A stretch of DNA of 64,000 nt from an uncultured Candidatus Saccharibacteria bacterium (GTDB lineage Bacteria; Patescibacteriota; Saccharimonadia; Saccharimonadales; JBBQAJ01): contig CAZQHP010000001.1 of assembly GCA_964593805.1 (NCBI GenBank), positions 192,091 through 256,090 on the forward strand, in the 5' to 3' direction. A model generated the notes under the pieces. It made no database searches, was not told where the DNA came from, and was given only the letters and a program-made list of their open reading frames with translations. The position numbers and the translations under genes are program-made. Shown here piece by piece: positions 30,287 through 40,558 of the stretch (position 1 is its first letter; every line of letters starts with the position of its first letter).

Positions 30287-30676
30287 TTACTGAGCAGGGC
30301 TAATTGGCGGCTGGCTAGCTGATGGCGGAGTAGTTTCGGTTGGCGCGGCTTGCATGGGTGTTTCAGTTGCTGGGCTGGCAGCGACATTGTTGTTGAATGA
30401 ATCTTGTACTATAGCACCGCCGATTGGCCCAAGCACCCACAGCAAAATAAACGCCAAAACGCCAGACAATTTGCCGCCGGTGACTTTTTCTACGCCCTCG
30501 CTGTATTTCCAAAGCCACCAAATGTTCACCAAAGGGACAATAATCAGCCAGGCAGTTGGAATGTCTGCTCCCAGAGCGTTCATTTCGCCTTTGGTTTTAA
30601 CTTCCCAATAAATGGCATAAATCCCAAATGTTACAAATGATAGAAGGACTACGGCTATGGGATTGCGGTTTTTCAC
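30287..30676 (-). CDS. DUF4234-like membrane protein with Pro/Thr-rich tail
   Basis: LSFVTFGIYAIYWEVKTKGEMN resembles DUF4234. 129 aa. Confidence 0.55.
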   Translation of the reverse strand: MKNRNPIAVVLLSFVTFGIYAIYWEVKTKGEMNALGADIPTAWLIIVPLVNIWWLWKYSEGVEKVTGGKLSGVLAFILLWVLGPIGGAIVQDSFNNNVAASPATETPMQAAPTETTPPSASQPPISPAQ

Positions 30677-30802
30677 AAAAGAGCTCCTTGGTTATTGCCC
30701 TAAGAATAAGCTTAATCATCGATGTTTGCAAGCAATTCTACAGATTGACATTTTGGCCGATATACGGATAATGTAAGGAGTTAATTTTAAGTCCGCAAAT
30801 GC

Positions 30803-30878
30803 GGGCCCTTAGCTCAGCTGGTAGAGCAGAGGCCTTTTAAGCCTCGTGTCGCGGGTTCGAGCCCCGCAGGGCCCTCCA
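30803..30878 (+). tRNA. tRNA-Lys (anticodon UUU), CCA encoded
   Basis: Manual cloverleaf: acceptor gggccct/agggccc, D arm gctc-agctggta-gagc, anticodon arm gaggc-cTTTTaa-gcctc, T arm gcggg-ttcgagc-cccgc, discriminator t, cca. Confidence 0.9.
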
Positions 30879-30886
30879 AAAAAGTC

Positions 30887-32377
30887 TTGTGCAAACCAAG
30901 GCTTTCTTGTTTTATTAAGACTATGTTTCAACGGAGTCTCAGGTTTAGGCGGACAACCGTAATTACATTGGGACTTCTGATGTTTTTGGGCGGGCTGGGG
31001 TTTGCGCGGTTGAAGCTGCCGCTTTCAAACGAACTTTTAGTCACCGCCTGGCTGCTTTTTATGGTGACTTTTCTCAGGCTGAGAGTACCGGCAGTACTAA
31101 GCGTTTTGCTTTTTGGGTTTGTGCTTGGCTGGTGGCGCGGGCAAGTGTTTTTACAGCGGCTGCAACCGCTGGAATCATTAACTGGCCAGCACATTGTGGC
31201 AACGGTTCAGGCCGATAGCGACGCGGTTTATAACGACCGCAAGGAATTGTCTTTTGACGCCAGCCATTTGCACGTGAGCGATCCGGAAGACACAGTGCTG
31301 CCAGGACGGCTGTTGATAGCCGGTTTTGGCGAACCGGCCGTGTACAAAGGCGACATTGTGCAAATCGAGGGTAAAATTTTTGCCTCGCGCGGCAGCCGGC
31401 AGCTGCGCGTGAGTTTTGCCGAACTAGAGGTTTTGGGCCGCAGCGGCTCGCCAATAGACAACATCCGCAGGCAGTTCGCCGCAGGTATGGAATCCGCTCT
31501 GCCGGAACCACTGGCTTCGTTTGGCTTGGGGCTGTTGATAGGCCAGCGGAGCACTCTGCCAGATTCGGTCGCCGCCGCGCTATCCGCGGCCGGGCTAACG
31601 CACATCATCGCCGTGTCTGGCTATAACCTGACCATAATTATGCGGGCGGTCAGACGCCTGCTGCACAAACGCTCCAAATACCAAACTATGGTCATATCGC
31701 TTTTGCTCATGGGCCTGTTTCTGCTCATGACCGGATTTAGCGCCAGTATTGTCCGTGCCGCTATTGTAAGTAGTTTGAGCCTGCTTGCATGGTACTACGG
31801 CAGGAACTTAAGGCCGCTGCTGCTATTGGCATTGGCTGCCGTCATAACGGCTGGGTGGAATCCGTTTTATCTTTGGAGTGACGTGGGCTGGTATTTGTCA
31901 TTTCTGGCGTTTTTTGGCGTGCTGATAGTGGCGCCACTTATTGACAGGCGCCTGTTTGGCACCGAAGAACCAAAAGCTCTGACCGCGCTACTGACGGAAA
32001 GTTTTTGCGCGCTGCTCATGACCATCCCATTTGTTTTGTATATTTTTCAACAAATTTCTTTGGTAGCCCTGGTGGCAAATTTGCTAATCGTGCCGCTTGT
32101 GCCCATAGGCATGTTATTTGCGCTTACGGCCGGCCTGGCAGGCATGCTGGTGCCGGTGCTGAGCGGCATAATTGCTCTGCCGGCACGAATACTACTGACT
32201 TACATGTTGGATCTGGCACAGCTGATGTCCCGGATACCCCACGCTTTGGTACAGCGGCAGCTGCCGCTCGGGGCAATGTTGTTTTTGTATGGCTGCATTA
32301 GTTTGTTTGTGGTAGTTTTGTGGCGCGCAACAGAGAAGAGACGTGCTATACTGGGCGCACAAGCAAGCGGAGATTAG
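30887..32377 (+). CDS. comEC: ComEC/Rec2 DNA internalisation channel, short form
   Basis: Polytopic membrane protein with the competence-domain block GLTHIIAVSGYNLTII. 496 aa, so it has no C-terminal metallo-beta-lactamase domain. The start may be MFQRSL at 30923. Confidence 0.8.
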   Translation: MCKPRLSCFIKTMFQRSLRFRRTTVITLGLLMFLGGLGFARLKLPLSNELLVTAWLLFMVTFLRLRVPAVLSVLLFGFVLGWWRGQVFLQRLQPLESLTGQHIVATVQADSDAVYNDRKELSFDASHLHVSDPEDTVLPGRLLIAGFGEPAVYKGDIVQIEGKIFASRGSRQLRVSFAELEVLGRSGSPIDNIRRQFAAGMESALPEPLASFGLGLLIGQRSTLPDSVAAALSAAGLTHIIAVSGYNLTIIMRAVRRLLHKRSKYQTMVISLLLMGLFLLMTGFSASIVRAAIVSSLSLLAWYYGRNLRPLLLLALAAVITAGWNPFYLWSDVGWYLSFLAFFGVLIVAPLIDRRLFGTEEPKALTALLTESFCALLMTIPFVLYIFQQISLVALVANLLIVPLVPIGMLFALTAGLAGMLVPVLSGIIALPARILLTYMLDLAQLMSRIPHALVQRQLPLGAMLFLYGCISLFVVVLWRATEKRRAILGAQASGD

Positions 32378-32378
32378 T

Positions 32379-33107
32379 ATGTCCGGACACAGTAAATGGT
32401 CTACCATCAAGCGGCAAAAGGGCGCCAAAGACGCCGCCCGCGGCGCTATATTTACCAAACTCGGCAACGCCATAGCGCTGGCGGCTCGCGGCGGAGCAGA
32501 CGCGGACACAAACTTTTCGCTGCGGCTGGCTATAGACAAAGCTAAATCAGCCAACATGCCTTTGAGCAACATCCAGCGGGCTATAGACCGCGTCAGTGAC
32601 AAAAGCGCCGCTCAAGTACAAGAAGTAATTTATGAAGGCTACGGCCCAGGAGGAGTGGCAATACTAGTAGAGTGTGCCACGGATAACATCAATCGAACCT
32701 ATCCAGAAGTCCGACTGGCGTTTAGCAAACATGGTGGCAACATTGCCGAAAAAGGCGCCGTGGCTTTCCAGTTTGACCACAAAGGCATGATACGCGTACA
32801 CGGCGGCGGTGATGATTTGCTGCTGGCAGCGCTAGACGCCGGCGCCGAAGACGTGCAAGAAGAGGGCGAGGAATCTGTCATTTACACAGACCCAAAGCAA
32901 CTTGCCAAAGTCCGCGACAATCTTCGCAGTGCAGATATAGAGGTTTTGGAAGCGGAACTTACCTACGTGCCAAATAACAGTGTGGTTATAGACGATGCTG
33001 CGACCGCAGGAAAAATCATGCGTCTGATGGATGCGCTGGAAGATCACGACGACGTAACGACCACACATGTAAACTTCGACATCCCGGAGGAACTCCTTGC
33101 CAGCTAA
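32379..33107 (+). CDS. yebC: YebC/PmpR family DNA-binding regulator
   Basis: MSGHSKWSTIKRQKGAKDAARG N-terminus. Conserved position upstream of ruvC. Confidence 0.9.
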   Translation: MSGHSKWSTIKRQKGAKDAARGAIFTKLGNAIALAARGGADADTNFSLRLAIDKAKSANMPLSNIQRAIDRVSDKSAAQVQEVIYEGYGPGGVAILVECATDNINRTYPEVRLAFSKHGGNIAEKGAVAFQFDHKGMIRVHGGGDDLLLAALDAGAEDVQEEGEESVIYTDPKQLAKVRDNLRSADIEVLEAELTYVPNNSVVIDDAATAGKIMRLMDALEDHDDVTTTHVNFDIPEELLAS

Positions 33108-33579
33108 ACGGATCCTAGGCATTGACCCGGGGACGGGGATTTTGGGATTTGGGGTGATTGAGATTGATGATAAAAACAAAGCTCGTTTGGTAGACGCGGG
33201 AGTTATTCGTACGCCGGTAAAAGAAGACGATGCGGTACGTTTACATACCATTTATGAAGAACTAGTAGATATAATTACCAGCACAAAGCCCGGGATCATG
33301 TCGGTCGAAAAACTATTTTTTGCGCAAAACGTTACCACCGCTATGACCGTGGCGCAAGCTCGTGGTGTGGTTCTTTTGGCTGGTCAGCAAAATGGTCTTG
33401 AATTATATGAATATACGCCTCTGCAAATCAAACAAGCTATCACTGGTTACGGTCGGGCTGATAAAAAACAGATGCAGGAAATGGTGCGGGTAATCCTCGG
33501 GCTAAAAGAAGTGCCAAAACCAGACGATTGCGCCGACGCCCTAGCCGCCGCCCTCTGTTGCGCCCAAAGTGTGAGATAA
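33097..33579 (+). CDS. ruvC: crossover junction endodeoxyribonuclease RuvC
   Basis: RILGIDPG N-terminus and the later DDCADALAAALC block. TTG start overlapping the yebC end. Confidence 0.9.
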   Translation: MPAKRILGIDPGTGILGFGVIEIDDKNKARLVDAGVIRTPVKEDDAVRLHTIYEELVDIITSTKPGIMSVEKLFFAQNVTTAMTVAQARGVVLLAGQQNGLELYEYTPLQIKQAITGYGRADKKQMQEMVRVILGLKEVPKPDDCADALAAALCCAQSVR

Positions 33580-33587
33580 TTGAGCGG

Positions 33588-34163
33588 ATGATTGCGACAC
33601 TAACTGGCACAGTTGCCGAAAAACTGTCTGAGCTCTTGGTTCTAGATGTTGCTGGCGTGGGTTATGGTCTGCTGGTAACAGGCGAAGACTTTGGCCGGCT
33701 AGCTGTAGGCGAGCAGGCAAAAATATATGTTTATGAGAACGTCAGGGAAAATGTCTATGATTTATACGGGTTTTGCAGTCTGGACAGCAAGCGTTTGTTT
33801 GAACAGCTACTGGAAGTGAACGGCGTTGGGCCTAGGATGGCGCTAAATATACTGGGTGTCGGCAGTGCCAATGCAGTACGAGCGGCAATTGCCGCCGGCG
33901 ACACTAAATTCATGCAAGCCGCCAGCGGCGTAGGCAAACGAGTTGCCGAACGCGTAATTGTAGAGCTTAAAGACAAAGTGGGGCTAGTTAGCTCTGAGGG
34001 CGCAACTGATTTCTTGCAAGGTCCCGCCATGCAAGACGAAGCCATGCAAGCACTGGTAGCCCTCGGCTTTACCGCCCAAGATGCTGCCATTGCACTTCAA
34101 AAAGTCGACGACAAACTGCCTACAGAAGACCGGGTTAAACAAGCGCTAAAGGGTGTCAAATAA
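33588..34163 (+). CDS. ruvA: Holliday junction DNA helicase RuvA
   Basis: MIATLTGTV start, HhH region [14 protein letters not shown]-terminal domain III. Confidence 0.9.
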   Translation: MIATLTGTVAEKLSELLVLDVAGVGYGLLVTGEDFGRLAVGEQAKIYVYENVRENVYDLYGFCSLDSKRLFEQLLEVNGVGPRMALNILGVGSANAVRAAIAAGDTKFMQAASGVGKRVAERVIVELKDKVGLVSSEGATDFLQGPAMQDEAMQALVALGFTAQDAAIALQKVDDKLPTEDRVKQALKGVK

Positions 34164-35191
34164 TGGCGATTGAGCGAATTGTGCAGCCGGTTGCGGGGGA
34201 CGACGACTCTAAAGAGCAGGAGCTGGAAGTTACGCTTCGGCCTTGGGATTTTGCTAACTACATTGGGCAAGAGCGGCTGGTAAAAAATCTAAAACTGGCA
34301 ATTGCGGCTGCCAAAAAACGCGGTGAGCCAGTGGACCATGTTCTGCTGTACGGACCGCCCGGACTGGGCAAAACCACTACGGCTAGCGTAATTGCCCACG
34401 AAATGGGCGCTAATATCCGAATAACTAGCGGACCGGCAATTGAACGAGCCGGGGATTTGGCCAGCCTGCTTACCAACCTACAGGACGGCGACATACTTTT
34501 TATAGATGAAATTCACCGTTTGCATCGCTCCGTGGAGGAAGTGCTGTATAGCGCTATGGAAGATTTCAAACTGGATATTATGCTTGGCAAAGGCCCCAGC
34601 GCCCGAAGTTTGCGGCTGGATTTACCTAAATTTACACTGATTGGGGCCACAACTCGTACCGGCGCTCTGGCCGCGCCGCTGCGAGACCGTTTTGGTCTGC
34701 AACACCGGCTAGAGTTTTATAGCAAGGACGAGATTGCTCAGATTATTCTACGGGCTGCCGGAATCCTAAAAGTCAAAATCAGTCCCGAAGCCGCAGCCCA
34801 CTTAGCCCAGCGCGCCAGACTGACGCCGCGAATTGCCAACCGTTTGCTCAACAGAGTACGCGATTACGCCGACGTAAATGGCGACGGCATAATTGACCAA
34901 ACCATTGCTAATAAAGCTCTGGCCTTGCTGGAAATAGATTCCCTGGGGTTGGACCCGGCAGACAGACGTGTTTTGGAAGCAGTCATAGAACACTACAAAG
35001 GCGGCCCAGTGGGGCTAGATACTATTGCGGCATTAACGGGGGACGAACGTACTACAATTGAGGATTTTTATGAACCGTACATGATGCAAATCGGCCTGCT
35101 GGAGCGCACGCCGCGCGGCCGCAAAGTAACCCCGAAAGCCTACAAACACCTGGGCAAAAACCAGTCGGCAGAGCAAAAGGAATTGTTATAA
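34163..35191 (+). CDS. ruvB: Holliday junction DNA helicase RuvB
   Basis: Walker [18 protein letters not shown], and the RuvB winged-helix C-terminus. Confidence 0.95.
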   Translation: MAIERIVQPVAGDDDSKEQELEVTLRPWDFANYIGQERLVKNLKLAIAAAKKRGEPVDHVLLYGPPGLGKTTTASVIAHEMGANIRITSGPAIERAGDLASLLTNLQDGDILFIDEIHRLHRSVEEVLYSAMEDFKLDIMLGKGPSARSLRLDLPKFTLIGATTRTGALAAPLRDRFGLQHRLEFYSKDEIAQIILRAAGILKVKISPEAAAHLAQRARLTPRIANRLLNRVRDYADVNGDGIIDQTIANKALALLEIDSLGLDPADRRVLEAVIEHYKGGPVGLDTIAALTGDERTTIEDFYEPYMMQIGLLERTPRGRKVTPKAYKHLGKNQSAEQKELL

Positions 35192-35192
35192 A

Positions 35193-35783
35193 ATGACTCA
35201 CATGGAACCAAAATTACTATCCGCCCGCGGCCGCAATTTGTTCAAAATGATAGAATTTGATCCTGATGAAAACCTCTTGGGTGAAATTCGGAAACACCCG
35301 TTCGGGTTGTTCGTGATTTTTCTGACCGGCGGTTTGGTAGCATTGGCGTTGATGCTGAGCCTGATGATTTTGCCGCTGCTTGTTACCGAAGACCCGATAG
35401 GGTTGGGTATCAATATTGTTTCCATTCGTTCAGCCCTGGTTGGGGTTGGTTTTTTACTAACTGTGTTGGCACTTATCATGACTGCCATAGCTGCCTATTT
35501 GTATCAGAGTAATGTCGTGATTGTAACTTCAGAAAAGATTACCCAGCTACTTTATAAAACAATTTTTGACCGTAAAATATCGCAGCTCAGCATTGGTGAT
35601 ATCCAGGACGTGACCATCAACCAAACGGGTATTTTTGCCCGTATTTTTAACTACGGCACTCTTATTATTGAAACGGCTGGCGAGCAGCAAAATTACACCT
35701 TTACCTTTACGCCAAATCCTCACGAAACTGGAAAGTTAATAGTTGGATCGCACGAAGAAAACCTTAAAAAATACGGCAACTAA
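35193..35783 (+). CDS. membrane protein with bacterial PH (YdbS/YdbT-like) domain
   Basis: FDPDENLLGEIRKHPFGLFV followed by two TM helices and a C-terminal beta-rich domain. This architecture is typical of bPH_2 proteins. Confidence 0.55.
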   Translation: MTHMEPKLLSARGRNLFKMIEFDPDENLLGEIRKHPFGLFVIFLTGGLVALALMLSLMILPLLVTEDPIGLGINIVSIRSALVGVGFLLTVLALIMTAIAAYLYQSNVVIVTSEKITQLLYKTIFDRKISQLSIGDIQDVTINQTGIFARIFNYGTLIIETAGEQQNYTFTFTPNPHETGKLIVGSHEENLKKYGN

Positions 35784-35786
35784 CCG

Positions 35787-36086
35787 CTATTCCGAAAAAG
35801 GATTGTTTCTGGCTTGATCAAAAAGAGACTGGATCTGGATGTTTTGGTCCTGTAGCTGCTGGATTTTATCTATTACTGCCTGGTCGATTTTTGGGCGCTG
35901 TACGGTTTGAAGTTTTTCCTCTACTGCCGTTTCGCCGGGCTCTATTCGGCTAAATTGATTGATGCGAAAAACAAAAAATCCAAAAATTAGAAGAATGACC
36001 ATTGCGAAAATAAACACCACGTAGCGTTTTATAAACTCCAGAACAGGTCGAATTTTAGCTGGTAAATCTTTAAAATCTAATTTCAT
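35787..36086 (-). CDS. small bitopic membrane protein, last gene of the pilMNO operon (PilP-position)
   Basis: 99 aa with one TM helix. Start overlaps the pilO-like stop by 4 nt. Confidence 0.4.
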   Translation of the reverse strand: MKLDFKDLPAKIRPVLEFIKRYVVFIFAMVILLIFGFFVFRINQFSRIEPGETAVEEKLQTVQRPKIDQAVIDKIQQLQDQNIQIQSLFDQARNNPFSE

Positions 36087-36727
36087 GGTTTTATATATAG
36101 CGTTAAAGTTAGAGAAAAATTCAGCGCCGCCCGATTTGCGACATCCGGTTGTATAGAAATCTGCGATACTTGAGCGGTTCGGCGATTTTGCTCGAGCCGG
36201 CTCAGGAAGTCAATCAGCCGGCTATAGCTGGCAGGGCTCGTGATGTCTGAAGTCACCGTAATATCCAGCTGAAATAAATTCTGAATACCATCAACTTTTT
36301 TGACTTGCGTTTCCGAAGTTGTTGCCGGCGCGGTAGGCGTAGTTGTGGTGGTTCCGCCCGCCGGCGCTGCGGCTTTCGGTGCTGCCTGTCCAAGCGTGGA
36401 CGCCGGAAAGCCAATGGTGGCGATTTTGACGCCAGACAGTTTGGCCAGATTTACAATTTCGCGGGTTGCTCTGGCTTGGTCTTTGTCCTGCGGTACAATC
36501 TGCTTGGCGATAGATTCAAGTTCACTGTATTTTTCTATATCTTTTTTGGCCTGTGCCAAGGACGCTTCCTGGGCTTCAATCACCTGGTTCTCAAGCTTTA
36601 GTTCAACCAGTTTACGAGATTGCTTGCTTAAAAACGTATCTCCCAAAACTACCGTGGCAATTACCAACACGCTCATCAGGCCCAAAACTCCAAGCATAAC
36701 AAAAAAAACTCGCTTGCTGGTAATCAT
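36083..36727 (-). CDS. pilO: PilO-like type IV pilus assembly protein
   Basis: N-terminal TM helix, coiled coil, Thr/Ala/Pro linker. Positioned after pilN with a 4-nt overlap. Confidence 0.55.
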   Translation of the reverse strand: MITSKRVFFVMLGVLGLMSVLVIATVVLGDTFLSKQSRKLVELKLENQVIEAQEASLAQAKKDIEKYSELESIAKQIVPQDKDQARATREIVNLAKLSGVKIATIGFPASTLGQAAPKAAAPAGGTTTTTPTAPATTSETQVKKVDGIQNLFQLDITVTSDITSPASYSRLIDFLSRLEQNRRTAQVSQISIQPDVANRAALNFSLTLTLYIKP

Positions 36728-37338
36728 TGTGTTGTACCTCCGTTGCTAATGAACGAAAATGTATTATTTTTCGCAAACAAGGCTCTAATTTGAACGGCGC
36801 ACGGGTACTGTGATCGCAGGGGGTCTGTGGTGTTGGCGGTGGCTTCAGCGCACTGGATGTTTAAGATGTCAGCTTTCTCAAAAATTTTATTGTTAGGATC
36901 CTGGAGGTTTAACTGTACTTGTGTGGCGGTCTGATAATCTGCCGCGGCCGCCTGCAAATCCAGGCCGCCCTGCACCTTGTTAATGCTGAGGCTGTTTAGA
37001 ATTGAACCGCTAGGCAAAGCGCCCCCAATCTGGACAATTAATTTGGAAAACAAAATTTCACGCTGCAAAACTTGTGTTACCAATTTTAAGCTATCCGTGA
37101 GCTCTTGAACCTTTTTTTGAGTTTCGTCCAAGTTTTGTTCTTTGAGGTTTTCATTGCCTTGCTGGACTTGGGCCGCCAAAGAGTTAATTGATTGATGCAA
37201 GTACATCTGGCCCACGGCTACGGTACCGACTATACCGAAAATACTTATCAGCAGGGCAATTGACCATTTGCGCAGCCTAGTGTTGCGCCGGGCGTATACT
37301 GTACTTTTTTTCACGTCAGGGGGGAGAAGATTTATCAT
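36724..37338 (-). CDS. pilN: PilN-like type IV pilus assembly protein
   Basis: MINLLPPDV N-terminus (INLLP motif), one TM helix, coiled coil. Confidence 0.7.
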   Translation of the reverse strand: MINLLPPDVKKSTVYARRNTRLRKWSIALLISIFGIVGTVAVGQMYLHQSINSLAAQVQQGNENLKEQNLDETQKKVQELTDSLKLVTQVLQREILFSKLIVQIGGALPSGSILNSLSINKVQGGLDLQAAAADYQTATQVQLNLQDPNNKIFEKADILNIQCAEATANTTDPLRSQYPCAVQIRALFAKNNTFSFISNGGTTQ

Positions 37339-38396
37339 TGGTAAATCTCCCTTGAATTAACCAAAGACAGTCCAGAAACAGTCACATACATGGATCTCTC
37401 AATAGTGTGCGGTGGCTGGAGTCCGCCAAACTCAATATGCTGCCAAGGGTCGCACATGCGTACCGGCAGACGTAGCAAGTTGGTCATGTGCTCCGACAGA
37501 CCGGGCATGTTGGCGCCGCCTCCCATAGTTACGACCTGTCCGATTTTTCGCTGGGTACTGGAGCGCTCTTCATAATAACGAATCATCCGGCGGATTTCTT
37601 TGAGCATCTGCGCTAAAATCGCATCTAAACTGTCGGTAATCTCCCTTTGTTTTTTACTGACCCCCAGCCCGTATTTAGTTTTTATAACATGCGCTTCCTC
37701 TTTGGTGACGCCTAATTTGTTAGCTATCGCGGAAGTAAAACTATCGCCGCCGCCAGGTACCGTGCCAGTGACAACTATGGCTTTGTCATAAATGGTAATG
37801 TCTGAAGACAGCGAACCAAAATCGATCAGCACGGTCGGAACATCGCTTCGCTCTGCTTGCACAAAAAGGCGGCTCGCGGAATCAATGGTGGTTTCAACAG
37901 CCACAACTTCAAGCCCCATTAAAGCTGTGAGCTGTAGATATGAATCAACCATCTTTTTTGGAACTGCTACTGCTAGAATTTCTTGCTCTTTTTCCATTTT
38001 ATTAACAATTGCATAATCTATATACAGCTCCTCGATAGGGACGGGTACATACTGTTCCGTTTCTAGCCGAATTGCTTCAGCCAAATCTTTTGTGCTCAGT
38101 TTTGGAAGAGTAATAGTGCGCGTGAAAGTACGGGCTGCCGGTACCGCTACGGCTACGCGGCGGGTAGTTATTTCGCCGATAAGATGTTTGCCAAACAAAT
38201 CATCGGCAACTTTAGCAATGATCTCCGGATTAACGATTACGCCGTCTTTGAGGGCCGTTGGGTCAAAACCGGCTACGCCATAACCCATCACCAATTGGCG
38301 CTTGTTTTGCATGCTTGTTTGCATGACTTTAAGGCTCGAAAATCCAATGTCGAGGCCAAAAACTGGTTTGTCTTGATAAAAAACTGCGTTATTCAT
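37335..38396 (-). CDS. pilM: type IV pilus assembly protein PilM (actin-like ATPase fold)
   Basis: 353 aa. FGLDIGFSSLKV, IDFGSLSSDI and GGGANMPGL blocks. Confidence 0.85.
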   Translation of the reverse strand: MNNAVFYQDKPVFGLDIGFSSLKVMQTSMQNKRQLVMGYGVAGFDPTALKDGVIVNPEIIAKVADDLFGKHLIGEITTRRVAVAVPAARTFTRTITLPKLSTKDLAEAIRLETEQYVPVPIEELYIDYAIVNKMEKEQEILAVAVPKKMVDSYLQLTALMGLEVVAVETTIDSASRLFVQAERSDVPTVLIDFGSLSSDITIYDKAIVVTGTVPGGGDSFTSAIANKLGVTKEEAHVIKTKYGLGVSKKQREITDSLDAILAQMLKEIRRMIRYYEERSSTQRKIGQVVTMGGGANMPGLSEHMTNLLRLPVRMCDPWQHIEFGGLQPPHTIERSMYVTVSGLSLVNSREIYQ

Positions 38397-38504
38397 TGTC
38401 TGTTATGCTGCCCATCTATAAGCATAAGATCTTCATCAACTATAGCACAGATGCCAGCCAGGAGACACAGCAATCACGGTGATAATATAAAACTTTAGAA
38501 AAGG

Positions 38505-39890
38505 CTAGTTAAACTGGCGGCGGTAGCCGTCAATAACCCAAAAAGTTGTACCAGTTCCAGTGGAAGTGCCAAAAGTAATCGTGCCGCTATTGGAAAGCTC
38601 GACTGTCTGGCCAACCAAAGCACCAATTTGACCGCTGTTTTTGACGTGTACTTTGGTCCATCTTGAGTAAAATATAGTATTTGGGCCGGAGGCTGAATTG
38701 TCTAGTTCAATAGTCGTATCATTTTGTGAATTGAATAGGTCGTTACCGGTCACATTAGCGCAATCTGGCGAACAGCTAGCGTCACTTTTGTAGGTGATAA
38801 TCTGAAACCCAGTGCCGCTCGCGTTACTGCGCAGCAAAGAGCTATTGCTAAACTCAGCTTCAACACCGTCAACCATAATAACCGGCCTGGTGGTGCCCAG
38901 CGAATTAGCTACAATCATTTCAGTAGAATTTTTAAGTTCGAGCTTGCCTGTGATCCAGACGTTGCCGCTTACCGTCACTTTGCAGCTGTTAGTAATGCTC
39001 ACATCGCCAGTAATTTTTGTATTAGCCGCATAGGTCTTAGTGCCGCTGGAACAACTGGCTGCGGCGCCGGTAATTGTTGTGGCGACGGCTGCTTTTTGGG
39101 CATCACGGTCATGTGTCGGCAGAGCTTGCGGCGTCACGCAGTTTACGCCCGGAGCTGGCACAAGGCAGTGGGGCGTCTGAAGTCCAGGAGTGCTCATGCC
39201 AGTGCCAGTCGTCTGATTATTGGCTTTGACAGTACCGTAAATTTTGGCGGTATTGTTAAGGATGATGGGCTGGCCATTTTCGCCGCTGTTACAAACAACG
39301 GGGTATGCGGCGGTTGGAGGGGTCGGGCAAGATTGATGGGCGACGCTTAAATTTACCGGGTTAGTGCTTAGGCCGATTTGCGCCGAATTGCTGAGGGTAA
39401 CTTTGCCGTTTATGAACACGTCACCGCCTAAAATTTTGGAGCTGTTGCTCATTATCAGTCCGCCCACGCCGCCCACGACGCTGTATTCACCCGAACTAAC
39501 CGGGCGAAGGTCGACATTCACCTCTATGGTTGCCGACGGCACGGTACTAGTGACGGGCGTGTAAGTACGGCCGGTTGAGACTACGGTTTTGTTGTCGGCA
39601 TCCACGGCGGTCACGGCCACTTCGTAAGTAGTTCTAACCTTGCTGTCATTATGCAGCTCAACCTCTCCCGCCGTTCCCGACCAATTACTGTCTAGGTTGA
39701 TTTCTTGTAGTGCCAGATCTATGCCGCCGTCGGTTGCAAACTGGGCGTGGGAACGAAACTGGTCAGTCCTAGCGACTTTGAAACTAGATACTGTAAGCTC
39801 CATGTAAAGCGCCGTGATTAGCATGAGATACGGCAAGATGATTATGAGCGATACAAGTGCCGACCCTTTTTGGGATATATTATTTCGCAT
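38505..39890 (-). CDS. large PilX-like pilus-associated protein (possible tip/adhesin component)
   Basis: 461 aa. The N-terminal hydrophobic helix plus FKVARTDQFRSHAQFATDGGIDLAL resembles the PilX N-terminal domain. The long Thr/Ser/Gly/Asn-rich C-terminal region is of unknown fold. Start abuts the preceding pilin gene. Confidence 0.5.
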   Translation of the reverse strand: MRNNISQKGSALVSLIIILPYLMLITALYMELTVSSFKVARTDQFRSHAQFATDGGIDLALQEINLDSNWSGTAGEVELHNDSKVRTTYEVAVTAVDADNKTVVSTGRTYTPVTSTVPSATIEVNVDLRPVSSGEYSVVGGVGGLIMSNSSKILGGDVFINGKVTLSNSAQIGLSTNPVNLSVAHQSCPTPPTAAYPVVCNSGENGQPIILNNTAKIYGTVKANNQTTGTGMSTPGLQTPHCLVPAPGVNCVTPQALPTHDRDAQKAAVATTITGAAASCSSGTKTYAANTKITGDVSITNSCKVTVSGNVWITGKLELKNSTEMIVANSLGTTRPVIMVDGVEAEFSNSSLLRSNASGTGFQIITYKSDASCSPDCANVTGNDLFNSQNDTTIELDNSASGPNTIFYSRWTKVHVKNSGQIGALVGQTVELSNSGTITFGTSTGTGTTFWVIDGYRRQFN

Positions 39891-40558
39891 CAGAACTGAT
39901 TCCTTAAAGTTGTTCGTATACTGTTATTTAGTACTAGCGGATCCCCGAACGTATCTCGTTCCAGCACCAGGTCAATTTTTATGGATCTCGCCAGCAGCGC
40001 GTCGGTGGTTACCGCGTCGTCTTGATCGTATAGCGTAAACGCCATGTCTTTGGTTGCTTCATTTAGTACGCGGTCTGCCGGACAGCTTGGTGAAGCACTG
40101 GCGGCCGGGCATGAAGTTTTGAGTATGTTGCCCGCAGCGTCGGGATGGGCAAGTGTGCGCTTGTACAAAACACTGCCTTGCTTGAAATAAACTAGCTCAT
40201 TGTTGTAGGGGTTGCCGGTGGCGGTGTCGATAATGTAGTTGCGCGCACTGTCCAGCGCCGGTACAGCGATGATAATCACAAAATTAGTATTACTAGTGTT
40301 CCAACCGCTGGGAGCGCTTGGGTCGGCAATGGCGTTAGTTTGCCGAACGCCAGCGCCGTAACGAAGCTCTTCCACGGTAACCCTCAGCAGGTTTTGCGAA
40401 TCAACCGTCATGTCAACCAATATATTGTTGCGGGTAATCAACACCAGGTAATTAGTGATAATAGCCAGCAAGCTGACCGCTATGATGCCAATCAGCGCAA
40501 TGCTAATAAGCAGCTCTACGATAGTAAAGCCAGCGTTGTTTTTAGTATTGTCCGACAC
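39890..40558 (-). CDS. type IV minor pilin (prepilin-type N-terminal cleavage/methylation domain)
   Basis: NNAGFTIVELLISIALIGIIA class III signal. Confidence 0.75.
   Translation of the reverse strand: MSDNTKNNAGFTIVELLISIALIGIIAVSLLAIITNYLVLITRNNILVDMTVDSQNLLRVTVEELRYGAGVRQTNAIADPSAPSGWNTSNTNFVIIIAVPALDSARNYIIDTATGNPYNNELVYFKQGSVLYKRTLAHPDAAGNILKTSCPAASASPSCPADRVLNEATKDMAFTLYDQDDAVTTDALLARSIKIDLVLERDTFGDPLVLNNSIRTTLRNQF

Noticed and set aside
30781-32377. Possible integrative element or prophage at tRNA-Lys, and at the other tRNAs.
   Set aside because: I saw no integrase and no duplicated tRNA 3' segment. The downstream genes (comEC, yebC, ruvCAB) are core functions.
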